This document shows positions 1 to 11,900 of a stretch of 51,491 bases of DNA, in pieces. The stretch lies in contig CBFFRQ010000033.1 in assembly GCA_965644315.1 (NCBI GenBank), positions 1-51,491 of the forward strand, written 5' to 3'. The position numbers and the translations under genes were made by a program. This DNA is from Caecitellus pseudoparvulus (Eukaryota; Protista; Bigyra: Bicosoecida). How positions within the stretch are numbered: position 1 is the stretch's first letter; every line of letters starts with the position of its first letter. The notes beneath the pieces are model-generated. The model had not been told where the DNA came from, did no database searches, and saw nothing but the letters and a program-made list of their open reading frames with translations.

Positions 1-135
1 TCCAGCAGCACGGGCTGCCCCAGCACGAGCTGCTGCGAGCCCGCACCATTGGCCACCTGGGCGACAGGGAAGAGGCGGTCGGCATGGCTCCATGGCACAG
101 GCGGCACGGCGAGAGTGAGTGTGTTGAGGCTGGGG
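1..135. repeat. Direct repeat copy A of 5823-5957
   Basis: Manual alignment shows 5 mismatches in 135 nt, all synonymous in the minus coding frame. Confidence 0.95.
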
Positions 136-1295
136 GCCAAGGCAAGCGTTGCGGGGGCGCTCAGAGGGTGGGATGTGGCGCTGGGTGTGCAGGAGCACAG
201 GCCACCCTGCATGGCGAGCACGGCACCTGAGTCAACTGCTGCGCTTGACGCTTGGGATACGGCAGACAGAGTGCAGGACTCATCCACGGGACCAGCTTCA
301 ATGCGCAGCAGGTCCGAGCTCAGCTGTACTGGGGAGGAACCATTCCACTGGCCAGGCACAACCAGCACGGACAGGGCGGCGCTGGCCAGTCCTGATTGGG
401 CATCTCCCAGGCCCTCCATCCTCAGCACCAGCCCGGCCTGCACAGACTCCACAGTCGTGAAGGATGCAGGCCTCAGATCTGGCATGGTCTGCACGGCGCA
501 GGCGGTTGCGGCGGCCTCCGCCTGTGAGAAGCCGGGAGCTGGCAGCAGTGCGTGGCCGCCTTGTGGCATGAAGATGCGCGGTGTCAAGGCAGGTGGTGTG
601 ATATCCAGCACGCCCAGAGGGGCGATGACTGCTGTGGACAGACCTGCGAAGTTCATGGCGACAGCTGTGAGCCACAGCGTGTCGCCGCCCTCCAGTGCGC
701 TGGAGTTCAGGGTCACTTGAGCCAGGCGGCCGCTCTCTACCTGGTCAAGGTCTGCCCACAAGGCGCTAGATCGCACGGCGTCCCAGCTGCCCACTTCCCG
801 CATGTGCGGCATGGCTTGAGACCCCAGAGCCGTGGCACCCACTGTGAGTGTGAGGGAGCTGAGGCCGGCACCAGCATCCGCCCAGTTCGCCAGGGACAGC
901 TCCACATGGCTCATTGGCACGATGAACGGCGGGTCGCTGCCAGCCTGCGCCACCGCCTCTGCAAGCTGGCCAGCTGTGGTGTGGGCTGCACTTCCAGCAG
1001 GCAGAGCCGAGGCCTGCAGCTTGCGGGGCGCACAGGCGCTCGCGGCGGGAGCAGGCATGCGGAGGGTGCGGGTCCACGGCAGGGCTTGCTGCAGCGTGGC
1101 AGCTGGCACGGAGGCAGCGGTGGTGGTGCTGCATGCTTCCGCATCTGGGAGCAGGGCCAGTGTGCCAGGCAGTGGGTGTGAGCGCACGAGGCGGACAGTA
1201 GGGGAGGACAGCTGCAGGAGCCCGCCACCCGTCTTGCTCACCGCGACTTGCACCCGGAAGCCCTGTGCACTTGCCATGTTGGCATGAACTGTATG
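1..1295 (-). CDS. 5'-truncated paralog of the C-terminal region of the giant lectin/FN3-repeat protein; runs off the left edge
   Basis: Absent from the ORF track because it has no stop in the window. My translation of the minus frame is open from 1295 to <1 (ATG at 1277): ...SAQGFRVQVAVSKTGGGLLQLSSPTVRLVR...VGATALGSQAMP...SALEGGDTLWLTAVAMNFAGLST...EGLGDAQSGLAS...VANGAGSQQLVLGQPVLL. This is collinear with the giant ORF over ~7110-5823. Confidence 0.8.
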
Positions 1296-1418
1296 TCACA
1301 CAGAGCAAGACAAGGCTGGCAATCTGTGAAGCCCATACACGCTACGCAACCCCCAATGTTGAACGGCAAGACATATGGCACGGCACTGCATTCCTTGAGT
1401 CGTCTCGTCTCACGCCTC

Positions 1419-4181
1419 TTATCCCATGAACTCTTCAAACATCGCGTCAAGTTCGTCTTGCTCCGTGAGCGGCTGATCTGAGCCCGCTGCCTCTTCTGGT
1501 TTGGCACCAGCATTCTCCAAGTACACCCCCTCCTCATCGCATGCTTTCTGCAGGATATCCCAGTGCCCCCGCAGGTTGGTGCCGTCCACGATGCGGATGC
1601 CCAGCTGCCCCTCCACATGTTTTCGCATGCCGTCTGGGACTGTGTGCGTCAAGGCAATCATGGCGCCGCCATCCTCAACGTGAAACTTCTCCCCCCCGAC
1701 GTAGGCCTGGAAGAGCCTGTCCCATGCTGGCATCTGATGAGGACTTAGTTTGCGCTTGTTGTACATCGCTTTCGCGGCAGCAATCAAGTCACCCACAGCA
1801 CGCACGACGGGCACGTGCCTTCGCTCGATGTCCTCCCGCTTCGCTCTGCCATACGGCTCCACACCCATCAAGCCTTCCACTGCCGTCCGCACCGCGGCAG
1901 CTCCCGCTTTGCTCTCGTCCCCTTTCTCCAGCGTCTTCTGGTTGGCTCGCTTCACCTGCACGCGCATGATCCGCACTGTTGTCACGCGGCCCTTCACTTC
2001 GTAGGACACCCGAATCACGTCGCCACCGTAGGCATCTGGGAGCTCCTTCATCCAGAATGAACCCTTGCGGAGAGCCAAGTATTCCTTGAAACTGTCGCCA
2101 GCCTGCTCAAGAGCCTCGTACGCAGCTCGTGCACGTGCACGCCAATCTGCCTCAGCCCCGGCTGCCTGGCCTCCACCGCCTGCTCCGCCAGCTCCCGCTG
2201 CGGCGTGTGGTGGTCCAACACTCTCCGCTGGTGCAGCCGCTTGTGCAGGTGGGTCTGCTGTGCGGCCTGTCACGACCGTCATGCGCACCCCCGCCAGCTT
2301 CCCGCCTTCGGTGTCGCTGTTGCTGGCCTTGACGGCTTGCTTGGGGGGATCTGCTTCGCCTTCGCTGCTCTCTTCTTCTCCACCTTCGTCCTCCACGAGG
2401 ACATCACCATCTTGGTCTGGCATCCTTGCCAGGGCACGAGTAATGGGCAACTCGGCCCTCTCTCCGCACCCGTCATGTCGCATCCACACCATGATGTCGT
2501 CGTGCACATCCCCACGCCCAAACCTGCGGTACACTTCAAGGCTGGCGAGTCCCAGGCCTTTCCCGTGCTCCACAAGCCAACCTTTGTCGATGGCGTCGTC
2601 AATCAGTCTCGTAGCGGCCTTGGTGGCGGCATCTGTTCTCGCTGTTCCTTCCCCTGCTGCTGCAGCGGCTGGCTGCTCAGGAATCCCTGCGAGTTTTCTT
2701 GTGAACTTGTCTCTTGGTACGACGTAGTTTGAGGAGCGGAATCCGAGCGCCGTGGCTCTCGGCAGCTTTGCCCGCTTGGCAGCCGGCAAGCTCGCTAAGA
2801 ATGGGTCGATCACCTGCTGGAATAAGGTGCTGGGTGGGCTGCTGTCAGGGTGTCGCCGAGGTACTGGGAGGTCTGGCCAGGGCGCACCTGGAATCCAATC
2901 AGGCAGACACTTTCTTGCAGCACGCATCAGTTCCCGGGGTGTGTGCCCGTACAGCTCCAGGACCTGCTCCAGGGAGGACTTGAGCTTCTCCCCATCGCTC
3001 GTCTCCTCTTCCCCCAAGCGCTCCAGAAACATCGCGTCAAGCTTCTTCGCCATTTCCAGCGCTGCTTCTGACGCCTGCCTCTCCTCCTTCGCCACTGTAC
3101 CAGACGACTCCTGTGCTGCGTCCACCACTGCACCAGGAGTCTGCGCCTCTGCTTCCTCTCTGTACAGGGTGAATGAAGGGTCCACCGTCTTGCACGCGTG
3201 TGTGAGCAGGAAGGCCTTGAGGGACGTCTCCGTCCACACGGCACCTTCAATGCGCATGTGTTGGAATTTGGTCCCGTTCCAGTTCGCCCGCAGTGACGCA
3301 TGTGTGTACTCAGGTGGGAAATCATGGGGTGATCCGTCAGACAGGAACAGCTGTCGGGAGCGCTGAAAGCTTGCACAGATCACCATGCCAATGGTAGGAT
3401 CGTCCACGCCAAGGATGCCCTGCAATTGCCCATGCCATCGTTTGGCGAGGTTGGAGTCGAACTTGAGTCCCTGGAAGAGGTGTTCCGCTTCATCAACAAT
3501 TACGATGACCGCGATGCCAGCTTGCCTCAGTAAAGCGCTTGCGATGTCCAGCCGGTCATGATTCCCGGCATTCTTCACTGCTTCGCGCACTTCAGGTGAC
3601 AGAGCCTTGGTGCCGTCACGCAAGGTAAAGATGGCTGGAAGCTGCTCCTCGTGCACTTGTTCGTCTTCCGAACCTGTCGCATGGGTGGCGAGATTGCGGA
3701 GAACCTCTGCCACCTCTGGGTGTCGATGCAAGCGGCCAAGCTTGTTGGCGATGTTCTTGAAGAGCCACTCGTGGAAGTTCTTTGGGTCCGTGGAACTGCG
3801 TCGTTGGAGATCGATGCGGAAGCAGATTGTGAGCCTTCCGTCTGCCTCTTTCCTGTTGTCCTCCTCCATAACAGTGACAATCGCTTTGAAAAGGCGGGAC
3901 TTCCCGACGCCCTTTGGACCGCAGATCAAGCACGTCTGTGCCTCTTCATGTTCGTGCATGCTGTTTATCATGGCTACCATAGCAACAAACGCTGGCTTAA
4001 GGTGTTCCATGGGCAGAAACTTGGCAGCCTTGCTGAGCACCATCTTCTTCCACAGCTCTACAGCTTTCTTACGCAGGCGGTTTGGGTAGTCAAGAGGCAA
4101 TCCAGACCTGCACAGCCTCTCAAACGGCCCTATCTTGTGCCCACTGGCTCCAGCCTCCGTGGGTACTTCTGCTGCCGCCAT
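1419..4181 (-). CDS. P-loop (AAA+/STAND-like) NTPase fused to a C-terminal Mrr-like PD-(D/E)xK restriction-endonuclease-fold domain
   Basis: Intronless ORF of 950 codons from a GTG at 4271; first ATG at 4181. Walker A ICGPKGVGKS and Walker B VIVIVDEAE. The C-terminus GGDVI...RVQVKR...AGAAAVR...GGAMIALT...GIRIVDGTNL follows the Mrr catalytic-domain pattern. Confidence 0.75.
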   Translation of the reverse strand: MAAAEVPTEAGASGHKIGPFERLCRSGLPLDYPNRLRKKAVELWKKMVLSKAAKFLPMEHLKPAFVAMVAMINSMHEHEEAQTCLICGPKGVGKSRLFKAIVTVMEEDNRKEADGRLTICFRIDLQRRSSTDPKNFHEWLFKNIANKLGRLHRHPEVAEVLRNLATHATGSEDEQVHEEQLPAIFTLRDGTKALSPEVREAVKNAGNHDRLDIASALLRQAGIAVIVIVDEAEHLFQGLKFDSNLAKRWHGQLQGILGVDDPTIGMVICASFQRSRQLFLSDGSPHDFPPEYTHASLRANWNGTKFQHMRIEGAVWTETSLKAFLLTHACKTVDPSFTLYREEAEAQTPGAVVDAAQESSGTVAKEERQASEAALEMAKKLDAMFLERLGEEETSDGEKLKSSLEQVLELYGHTPRELMRAARKCLPDWIPGAPWPDLPVPRRHPDSSPPSTLFQQVIDPFLASLPAAKRAKLPRATALGFRSSNYVVPRDKFTRKLAGIPEQPAAAAAGEGTARTDAATKAATRLIDDAIDKGWLVEHGKGLGLASLEVYRRFGRGDVHDDIMVWMRHDGCGERAELPITRALARMPDQDGDVLVEDEGGEEESSEGEADPPKQAVKASNSDTEGGKLAGVRMTVVTGRTADPPAQAAAPAESVGPPHAAAGAGGAGGGGQAAGAEADWRARARAAYEALEQAGDSFKEYLALRKGSFWMKELPDAYGGDVIRVSYEVKGRVTTVRIMRVQVKRANQKTLEKGDESKAGAAAVRTAVEGLMGVEPYGRAKREDIERRHVPVVRAVGDLIAAAKAMYNKRKLSPHQMPAWDRLFQAYVGGEKFHVEDGGAMIALTHTVPDGMRKHVEGQLGIRIVDGTNLRGHWDILQKACDEEGVYLENAGAKPEEAAGSDQPLTEQDELDAMFEEFMG

Positions 4182-5383
4182 GCCTGCGAGATCATGCAAG
4201 GCGGGTTCTACCGGCGCAAGGGCTGGCAACGCGGCCGCAGCAGTAGCCCGAGATCTCGCAATGGACGCCACTTCACGTCACAAAGCGTGCACTCACTGCT
4301 TGCTCTTTGTGCTTCTCAGCCACCTTTACTGCACAGCTGGGACGCGCAGCTTCGAACTCGACGCCTACGCCGCTTGCAAAATGGTTCAATGCGGAAATCG
4401 AGCCGCCACACACCACGCAACGCCAGCTCCGGCTGCGCCCAGCCAGGCGCGCGCCAGGTGCAAGCAACCACCGAAGACAATGATGTGCTGCACATGAACT
4501 GTGATGGGCCGAGTGCGAAGGTGGCGATGGACGTGATGGGGGGTTTGGGTGTTGCATGGTGAATGCCGTTGCCAGCGAGAATGCTTCTGCGCTGAGCGTG
4601 AGGGGTGTGAAGCCCCCCTCAGACGTGCACAACGACGCAGGGTGAGCCTCCAAGCTCCCTGTACTCCCTCATGTCCCAGACTCGCGTGATCTCGACAGTT
4701 CATGCTACTTGGTCTCGAGATTACCCACCTGCGCCACTCCACAGCCAAGTCCGGCTCCAACGGCAGCTCCCACATACACGCTCCCACATGCTTCCTGTCG
4801 AGCGCATGGCGAGGCGCCTGAGCAAGGGGAGCCCTCCCTTGGCCATGGCCACCTACTGTGGTTGGTTGCAGCCCAGTCGCTTGGTGCTAGTACATTCCCC
4901 ACCGCCCTGCATGACTCTGTGGTCCTCAGACGAAGCCCAAAGTCATGTCATTTTCTTGGGCAAGTTGGTCACGTTTGCAATCACGAGCTCGGTAGGACTC
5001 GCCTTCAACGCGAGGCGGTGTCCCCACGTGCAGTTCGAAATGCTTGCATGTCCACCACCGAGTAGCACTGCGCCACAGGCCCCTGAGAGCTTGCGATCAG
5101 CGACAAACCCTGCTCAAGTGCCGGAATGGTGTGCTCTGTCACAGACGCTGCATGTGCGCCCTTGCCCACGTCCAACCTCAACATGAAGGTGACAAGGCAC
5201 TTTGCTACAGCTCAGCTACACGTTGTGTCTTGTAGTGTGGGGACTCCCCACATCTCCGCGTGCTCGGTCAAGTCCGCGATCTGCTGCAATGGGGTCAGAC
5301 CGGGTCGCGCAGCGAGCGTGCAGCACGACGACCGCATGGGAGACAGAAAGCTGCATTTGGAAGGTACACCACCTGCACAGCAG

Positions 5384-5957
5384 CTACAAAGCCACACACA
5401 GCACGCCCCGGACATCCTCCACGACACAGGAGGCGTCCTGTGCTGCATCACACAGGGCTCGGGCGCCGTCCGACGTGATCCAGGCGCCCCATGTCCCGGC
5501 TCCGTTCTTGGCCCGCACACTCACGAAGAGCGTGCCGCCAGACGGCCAGGTGAAGCCATCGTCAGCTTGGTCTGCCCCAGTCAGCAGGGCACTGGCTTCG
5601 AGGGAGTCACCCACGAGCCTGCAAGGCATGATGTCATCTCGCCCGGCGTCGGAGCCGGTGCTGCCAATGCACCACTCGTACTGCACGATGCCAGACTCTG
5701 CATCGGTTGCTAGGGTCCATGAGGCTTGGAACGCTACACCAGGACTGCCCAGGATGCAGTCCGCGTCCACGTCGCCGCCGTCACGTACTTCCACTTCGTC
5801 GCTCTAGGCCGGCGCCGTGCCGTCCAGCAACACGGGCTGACCCAGGACGAGCTGCTGCGACCCCGCACCATTGGCCACCTGGGCAACAGGGAAGAGGCGG
5901 TCGGCATGGCTCCATGGCACAGGCGGCACGGCGAGAGTGAGTGTGTTGAGGCTGGGG
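5384..5957 (-). pseudogene. Disrupted 3' end of the giant gene (1-nt frameshift at G-run 5954-5957, in-frame TAG at 5804-5806)
   Basis: The paralog has 5 G at this site and reads APSLNTLTLAVPP; here there are 4 G and the frame shifts. Downstream, LLDGTAPA*SDEVEVRDG...DAESGIVQYEWCIG...VSVRAKNGAG...SDG is a normal repeat module in frame after the TAG. Confidence 0.7.
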
Positions 5958-8900
5958 TAATGAGGAGAGAGCCTTGCACGGCCCAGCCCGAGGCTTGGTC
6001 CTCCCCGCAAGCACACAGGCCACCTTGGAAGGCGACCTCTGCGCCTGTATCGACCCGCCCAGCCACCACGCCTGATGCAGAGGAGGGCGAGCAGGTGTCG
6101 TCTTCGGCCAACACAGGCGCCAGTTCAGAAGGACTGGCAAGCACGGCAGCACTGGCGGTCGCGTTCCACGCCCAAGGGACGACCAGGACCGACAGAGCCA
6201 CAGTGGCAAGGCCGGATTGGGCATCTCCCAGACCCTCCAAGTGCAGGTTGAGCCCCGCTTGCACCGCGTCCAAGGCAAGGAATGAAGCTCCCTCAGCAGC
6301 TGCACCCGGCTGTGCGGCATCACATGCCGCAGAAGCCAGCTCGGCAGGTGTAGCTCCAGGCGGTGGGTAGGTGCTGGTGGTGGCGGACCAGACCGCCAAA
6401 CTGGGAGCTGCAGCTGGAGCGGTGGCATCCAGGATGCCGACAGGTGCAGCCAACACGGTGCTGAGGCCAGCATAGTTTGTCACCACTGCCGTGAGCCACA
6501 TCGTGTCACCGCCCTCCAGTGCGCTGGCGTCCAGCGCCACAGTGACCGTCCGGTCTGCAGACGCGCCCAAGGAGTCTTCCCAGGTTGTGGCGTTGGACAC
6601 CACACTCCAGTGTCCCACCTCCCGCACCCCGGGCATGGCTTGGGAGCCCAGGGCTGTGGCACCCACTGCAAGGTGCAGGGAAGCCAGGCCTGCTCTGTCG
6701 TCCGACCAGCCAGCCAGGCGCACGGAGAGGCGGGGCAGGAGGGAGATGAAGGGCATTTCAGCGGCAGCTGCACTGGAGACGATGGTTGCCACATCAGCGG
6801 CTGTCAGCTGTTCGGCTGCTGCGGGCGGCAGTTGGGCACTGGGCAGCTGGCGTGGCGCGCAGGCGCTGGGCGCGAGCGCTGCCAGGGGGAACAGTCGCGT
6901 CCACGGCTTGGCTTCCTGCAGGGCAGCTGCCGGCACCGCAGGCAGCGCACTCTGCCCGCTGCAGACAACCGAGTCTGGCAAGTGCACCAAGTGGCCCGCT
7001 GCAGGTGGCGTGCGGATGAGGCGGACTGTGGGGGACGTCACCTCCAGGGTGCCGCCACCAACCTTGCCCACCAGCACTCGCACTCTGAAGCTGGGCGCGC
7101 TCTCCAGCGCACCTGCCAGCTGCACGGCAACGGGCAGTCCCACGGCTGCAAAGGGCTCCTGCCACAACTCAGCAGCGGCCACGGAGCCCGAGGCTACGCT
7201 GGTCGTGCCCGCCTGGTCCACGGCCAGCACCTCCCATGCGAGGCCGCTCAGCGGCACAGACATTTCGTCGACGATGGGCAGGTGGAAGAGCACATCCTTG
7301 TGGCCCGCTTGCACCCAGCGCTGGGTGGGAGGAGACCAGGCTGCGCTGGACACCGGCAGGGGCACCTGTGGTCCCGTCGGCGTCGCAGCTTGAGGCTGCA
7401 CCTGCGCCTGCACCGCGTCCAGTACCAGGATGGGCGACATGAACACAGAGCGCGTCCCAGCGCCGTTCGTGGCACGCAGCAAAACGGCAGTCACGCCGTC
7501 GCCCAGGTCAGCAGGGCTGAGGCTCACGAAGACGGCGTCTGGGTTGCGGGTGACGAAGGGCGCGTCCTGCGCTGGCTGCCACTCAAGGGAGGACAGGGAG
7601 GACGCGGCACAGCCGGCCTTCAAGGGGCCCTGCAGCAGCGCTATGTCTAGCGCACTGATGCCGCTGGTGGTGTCCACAGGGGCGGGGAGACGCAGGGACA
7701 CGCCGGCCTGGGCATCGCCCACAACCAGCTCGTGTCGCAGCTCCTCGCCGCAGGCGACGTCGCTGCCACGCAGTCCAGGTGTCAAGGCGGCGGTCGATAC
7801 AACACCTGCTTCGGCAGCCGGAGCGGCGGCGGCGGCCAGCGCAGCATGCACGGCACCTGAGTGCAGGCCGGAAGCCCCAAACCAAGCCCCCTGCAGCATG
7901 GCCACGCTGCCGGTCCAGGCGGGCGCGGACCACGGCAAGTCCACACGGATGGCGGGGGACGCACCGACGACCTCGCCGCCGTCCTCCACAACCACTTGGA
8001 CGGAAGCCACCACGGCAGAGTCCTGAGGCATGGTCAGGCCTGTGAACGTCGCGTTGCCTGTGGAGACATACACGCCTGCCCGCGGGTTCTGCACTTCCAG
8101 GCTTGCGACGCTGATTTCCAGGGAGCCAAACACGCTGTCGGCCGCGGCCCCGGCAATGTGCCCCAGCGTTGCTACGAGGCTGGCGACGGGCGACGCAGAG
8201 GTGATGGTCCAGCCAACGCGCACCTCGGAGGAGCTGGGGGTGAACAGGGCTTCCTCGCCGTCGGTGCCGAGCACGAAGACCTCCGCGACAGGAGCGCCAA
8301 GTGCAACCTGCACTGCCGTCGAACGGCCTTCAGACACAGTACCTGCTGCGTTGCCGGACTGCACGACCACTTCAAAGACTGTACCAGCGGCAAGCGCCAC
8401 GTCCAAGCACAGATCCCCTGGCGCACACGCGACAGTCCACGTGGCTGAGGTGGCCGTGCCAACGTCTCGCAACGGTGCGATCCACGACGAGGTTGTGGCA
8501 TCCCACAGGCCCACCCAGTGCTGCAGCTCCGTGCCAGCCAGGGCGGCATCAGCGTCTTCCACTTGCCAGCAAGCCTCCACGCCACCCTGCTCTGCGGTCC
8601 ACGTGGCGTCAGCGAGGGTCTGCACGAGGCCTTGCCGGTGACCACACTGGGCGCCGGTGCGAATGGCGACGTAGGTTGGCACCGCATTGGACACGACGAA
8701 GCCATTGGTGGACACGTCTGTGACGAGGCCGGCGCTGGTCACGATGCGCAACACGCCGTACACCCAGCCAGTGGCGGTGGGGGGCAGGGCAACGAAGCAC
8801 TCGCCTGCTGAGAAGTCGTCCGAGTGTGGCACGTCCAGGAACGGCATGATGTCGACAGTGTTGGGAGCACTGCCCCACCCGCACTGCACGCCGACGATGT

Positions 8901-11900
8901 CGCTCTCTGCGTCGGTGGCCCGCAGCCACCTCAGCTTCGCGATGCCGTCCGCGACGAGCTGTGCGTCGGCCGTGGGCGAGACAGGTTTGGCAAGGGGCAC
9001 CGGGGCCAGCCCAGCGACATCCCACACAGCCTGCACCTTGGGCGGTGTGGCGTCAGCGGGAACGCCCACGAGGGCGATGCTCGCCAGGCGCCCGGCCGCA
9101 TCCCCGGCTGCCACGCCGATGTACCCTCGCTGGCCGTGCTGCAAGCGAGCAGCTGAGGCTCCCAGCAAGTCCAGGGCGCTGGCCGTGACCCCAGGCGCCA
9201 GCGCCAGTCGTGTGCCGTCCGAACGCAGCACCTGCTGCCCGCCCAGCCCCGTGCCGACAGCATGCACCAGGGTGTCGAGAGACGTCTCCGCATCCGTTGC
9301 AGCCGAAGCGTTGAGCGCGAAGGTGATGCCCGCGCCGGCACCAGACACAGCGCAGGGCAGGCACAGGCCGACACTGTCCCCCGAGCCAGCCTTGAAGGTC
9401 CCTAGGGGGCAGGGCACGCACGACCCGTCGTGGCTGAAAGTCCCTGCCCCGCACGTGCCGGATGCCGTGGGCGGGGTGGGCAGTGTGTAGGCAGCAGGGC
9501 AGGAGCCAGCACATGGTACACAGGACCCGGTGCTCGCGTCCAGTCTGAAGCCTGCCTCGCAGTGGCACGTACCACCGCCGCTTGCGAAGTCGGGCACAAA
9601 TGCCGCATTGCTGTCCACACACGCACAGGTTGTGCGGTCTGTGCCGGCTGGCACAACCGCGAGCGTGGCTGCTTGCAGGCGCAGGGAGCTCGCGACGTCG
9701 GGGGCGCTGTCGTCGCAGGTGATGCCGTCTGAAGCCACGTGGGTAGTCAGGCCCGCCGTGTTGGTGGCCCACACTGAGGTAAACACAGCCTGACCGGGCT
9801 GCAAGTTCAAGCCACTGGCCGTTGCAAAGGTGCGGCGGCCCACGGAAGATCGCGGGATGATGTCGCAGTCCCCAGCAGCATGGCCTGCGCACCACTCGTA
9901 CCTGGTGATGCCTCCGGCGTCAAAGAAGCTGCCCCAAGTGGCTCGCACAGCAGAGCAGTCAGACGTCGCGTCATCATCGACGCCGACATGCATGGAATCC
10001 CACACCGTGCCGGCCAGGGGGCCAGTCGTCACTACTGCGGCTGCGTTGGAGGTGACTGTCGTGCTGAGCCCGGCCGCGTTCACAGCCGTCACCTCGCACG
10101 TGTACTGCTGCTGGTTAGCCAGCTCTGATCCAGGGGAGAAAGTGAAGGTGTGCGTGGCAGGGGAGGCGGCCAGGACCTGCACCGGACCGGAGCGGACTGC
10201 CCCACGGGGACCACCCTCGCGCAACACGACTTCGTAGTGTGCAATGGGCGCGACATCGTCAGAGAAGCCCTCCCAGGAGCAGGCAAAGGCGGAATCGTCG
10301 GTGGTGAAGGACAGGTCGCTCTGCACTCCGTCCCACGCCCTGCCAGGCAGAGGCGGCGTGACGTCAGGGATGACGGCGCGGGACACAGTCTTGCTGGCAT
10401 GCCCCGCCGCATTCAGGCCCACCAATGACACGTGGTACTCCTGCCCTTGCACGAGGTCCAGCTCCACAAACGTCACATTGGTCACATGGAACGTGTCTTC
10501 GAACACGCGCACTTGCTGGCCGTAGGGACTGCTGCCGAGGGCGGCAGTGTACGTCACTTCAGCGGAAGGGGACTCGGCATCATCAAAGGCGGCCCACGTT
10601 GCGCTGATGGTGGTGAGTGAGGCGATGTAGAGGGTGTCTGGGAGGCCCGATGCGGCGAGGTTGATCGCCCCTGTGAGCCCAACTGCAGAAGGCGTGGATG
10701 CCGTCGTGTCGGGTGTGAAGTCTGTGTAAAACGCTCGGGTGGTAATGCCGATGCGGGCGAGAACTGTGACAGTGTACAGCGTCCCGGGCGCGAGGGTCAG
10801 GCCGTACACGCTGGCATGTGTGGCTGTGCCCACATCGGTCAGCGCCTTCACGTCCCCAACCCCAGCAGCAGTGCCCAGGGCCCACTGGAAGGTGAAGTGC
10901 GGCACAGCTGTGCCGTTCTCAGTGTCCCCGGTGCTGGTCCAGGTCTCCCCAGGTGGCGCCAGGGTGTTTGACAGCACACTCCACTCAACTTCTAGATGCT
11001 TGTCCGAGCTGGTGTAGGTGGCCAGCACAGGGGATGGCTCTGGCTCCACAAGCACGCCACGCCCGTCCAACTGCACCGCGCCAGTCGTGTCGATGACGAC
11101 ACCAGGCGCAGTCACGCTTGTCGTGCGCCCTGCACGGTTGGTCATGTACACTGTCACATAGTACTTCTCGCCATCCACAAGGGCAGCGTCAAGGACGCAA
11201 GAGGTGGACGTGCCGACGTCAGTGCGGGGCACGATGTTACATGCGCCTCGGAGGGTGCCAGCGCAGCAAGCGAAGGACTGCAGCCCAGACTCCTCGTCAC
11301 TCCACGCCTCGAACACTGAGTTATTGCTGAAGACCCAGCTGGCACTGAGGTTGGCGGCATGCCCCTGGTATGGCGCGTCTACGTGGTGCGTGAGGGTGTT
11401 CCACACCGCCCCGGCGACGGGACTGCTGCCATCCACGAGCAAGCCATCAGACTCCAACAGCACGGACGCGTCACCGACGTTGTTCACTGCTCGCACTTGC
11501 ACACAGTAGCGCAAGCCGAATGTCAAGGGCAAGCCCTCTGCAGTGAAGGTGGTGGCGAGGGGCGGTGCGACGTCTGTCCAATCCCGCACATTGCGAGAGG
11601 TGACGTCTCCGTTGTCGCACCAGCGAACGGCATACTGGTACTTGGCGATGGCACCGTCGTCCTCCAGGAAAGCGTCCCATTGGAACTTGAGGAAGGTGGC
11701 GGCAGGGGTGAAGTCTGCATCGCCAGTGACACCCGGCGTGAGGTCCAGCACCGTGCCGCCCACAGCAGGCTCGGGGGGAGTTCCGTCAAACACCACGCCA
11801 TCAGACACCTTGTCCACAAACAAGCCATTAGTGGACACTGCCCTGACAATGACGAAATACGTCGTGCCCTGGGTCAGCACAATGGTGGCTGGGTTCGTGG

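Noticed and set aside
4272-5383. Short ORFs or element termini upstream of the NTPase-nuclease gene
   Set aside because: No recognisable protein motif, TIR, LTR or TSD was found by eye.
5804-5835. Tiny intron removing the TAG in the giant gene
   Set aside because: It would be ~30 nt with a poor donor, far below the 60-120 nt introns seen here, and would delete the conserved VLLD residues.
5734-5953. C-terminus of the 4971-aa ORF as given in the track (THSLSPCRL...WAVLV)
   Set aside because: This is out-of-frame read-through after the G-run frameshift; the paralog-matching sequence is in another frame.
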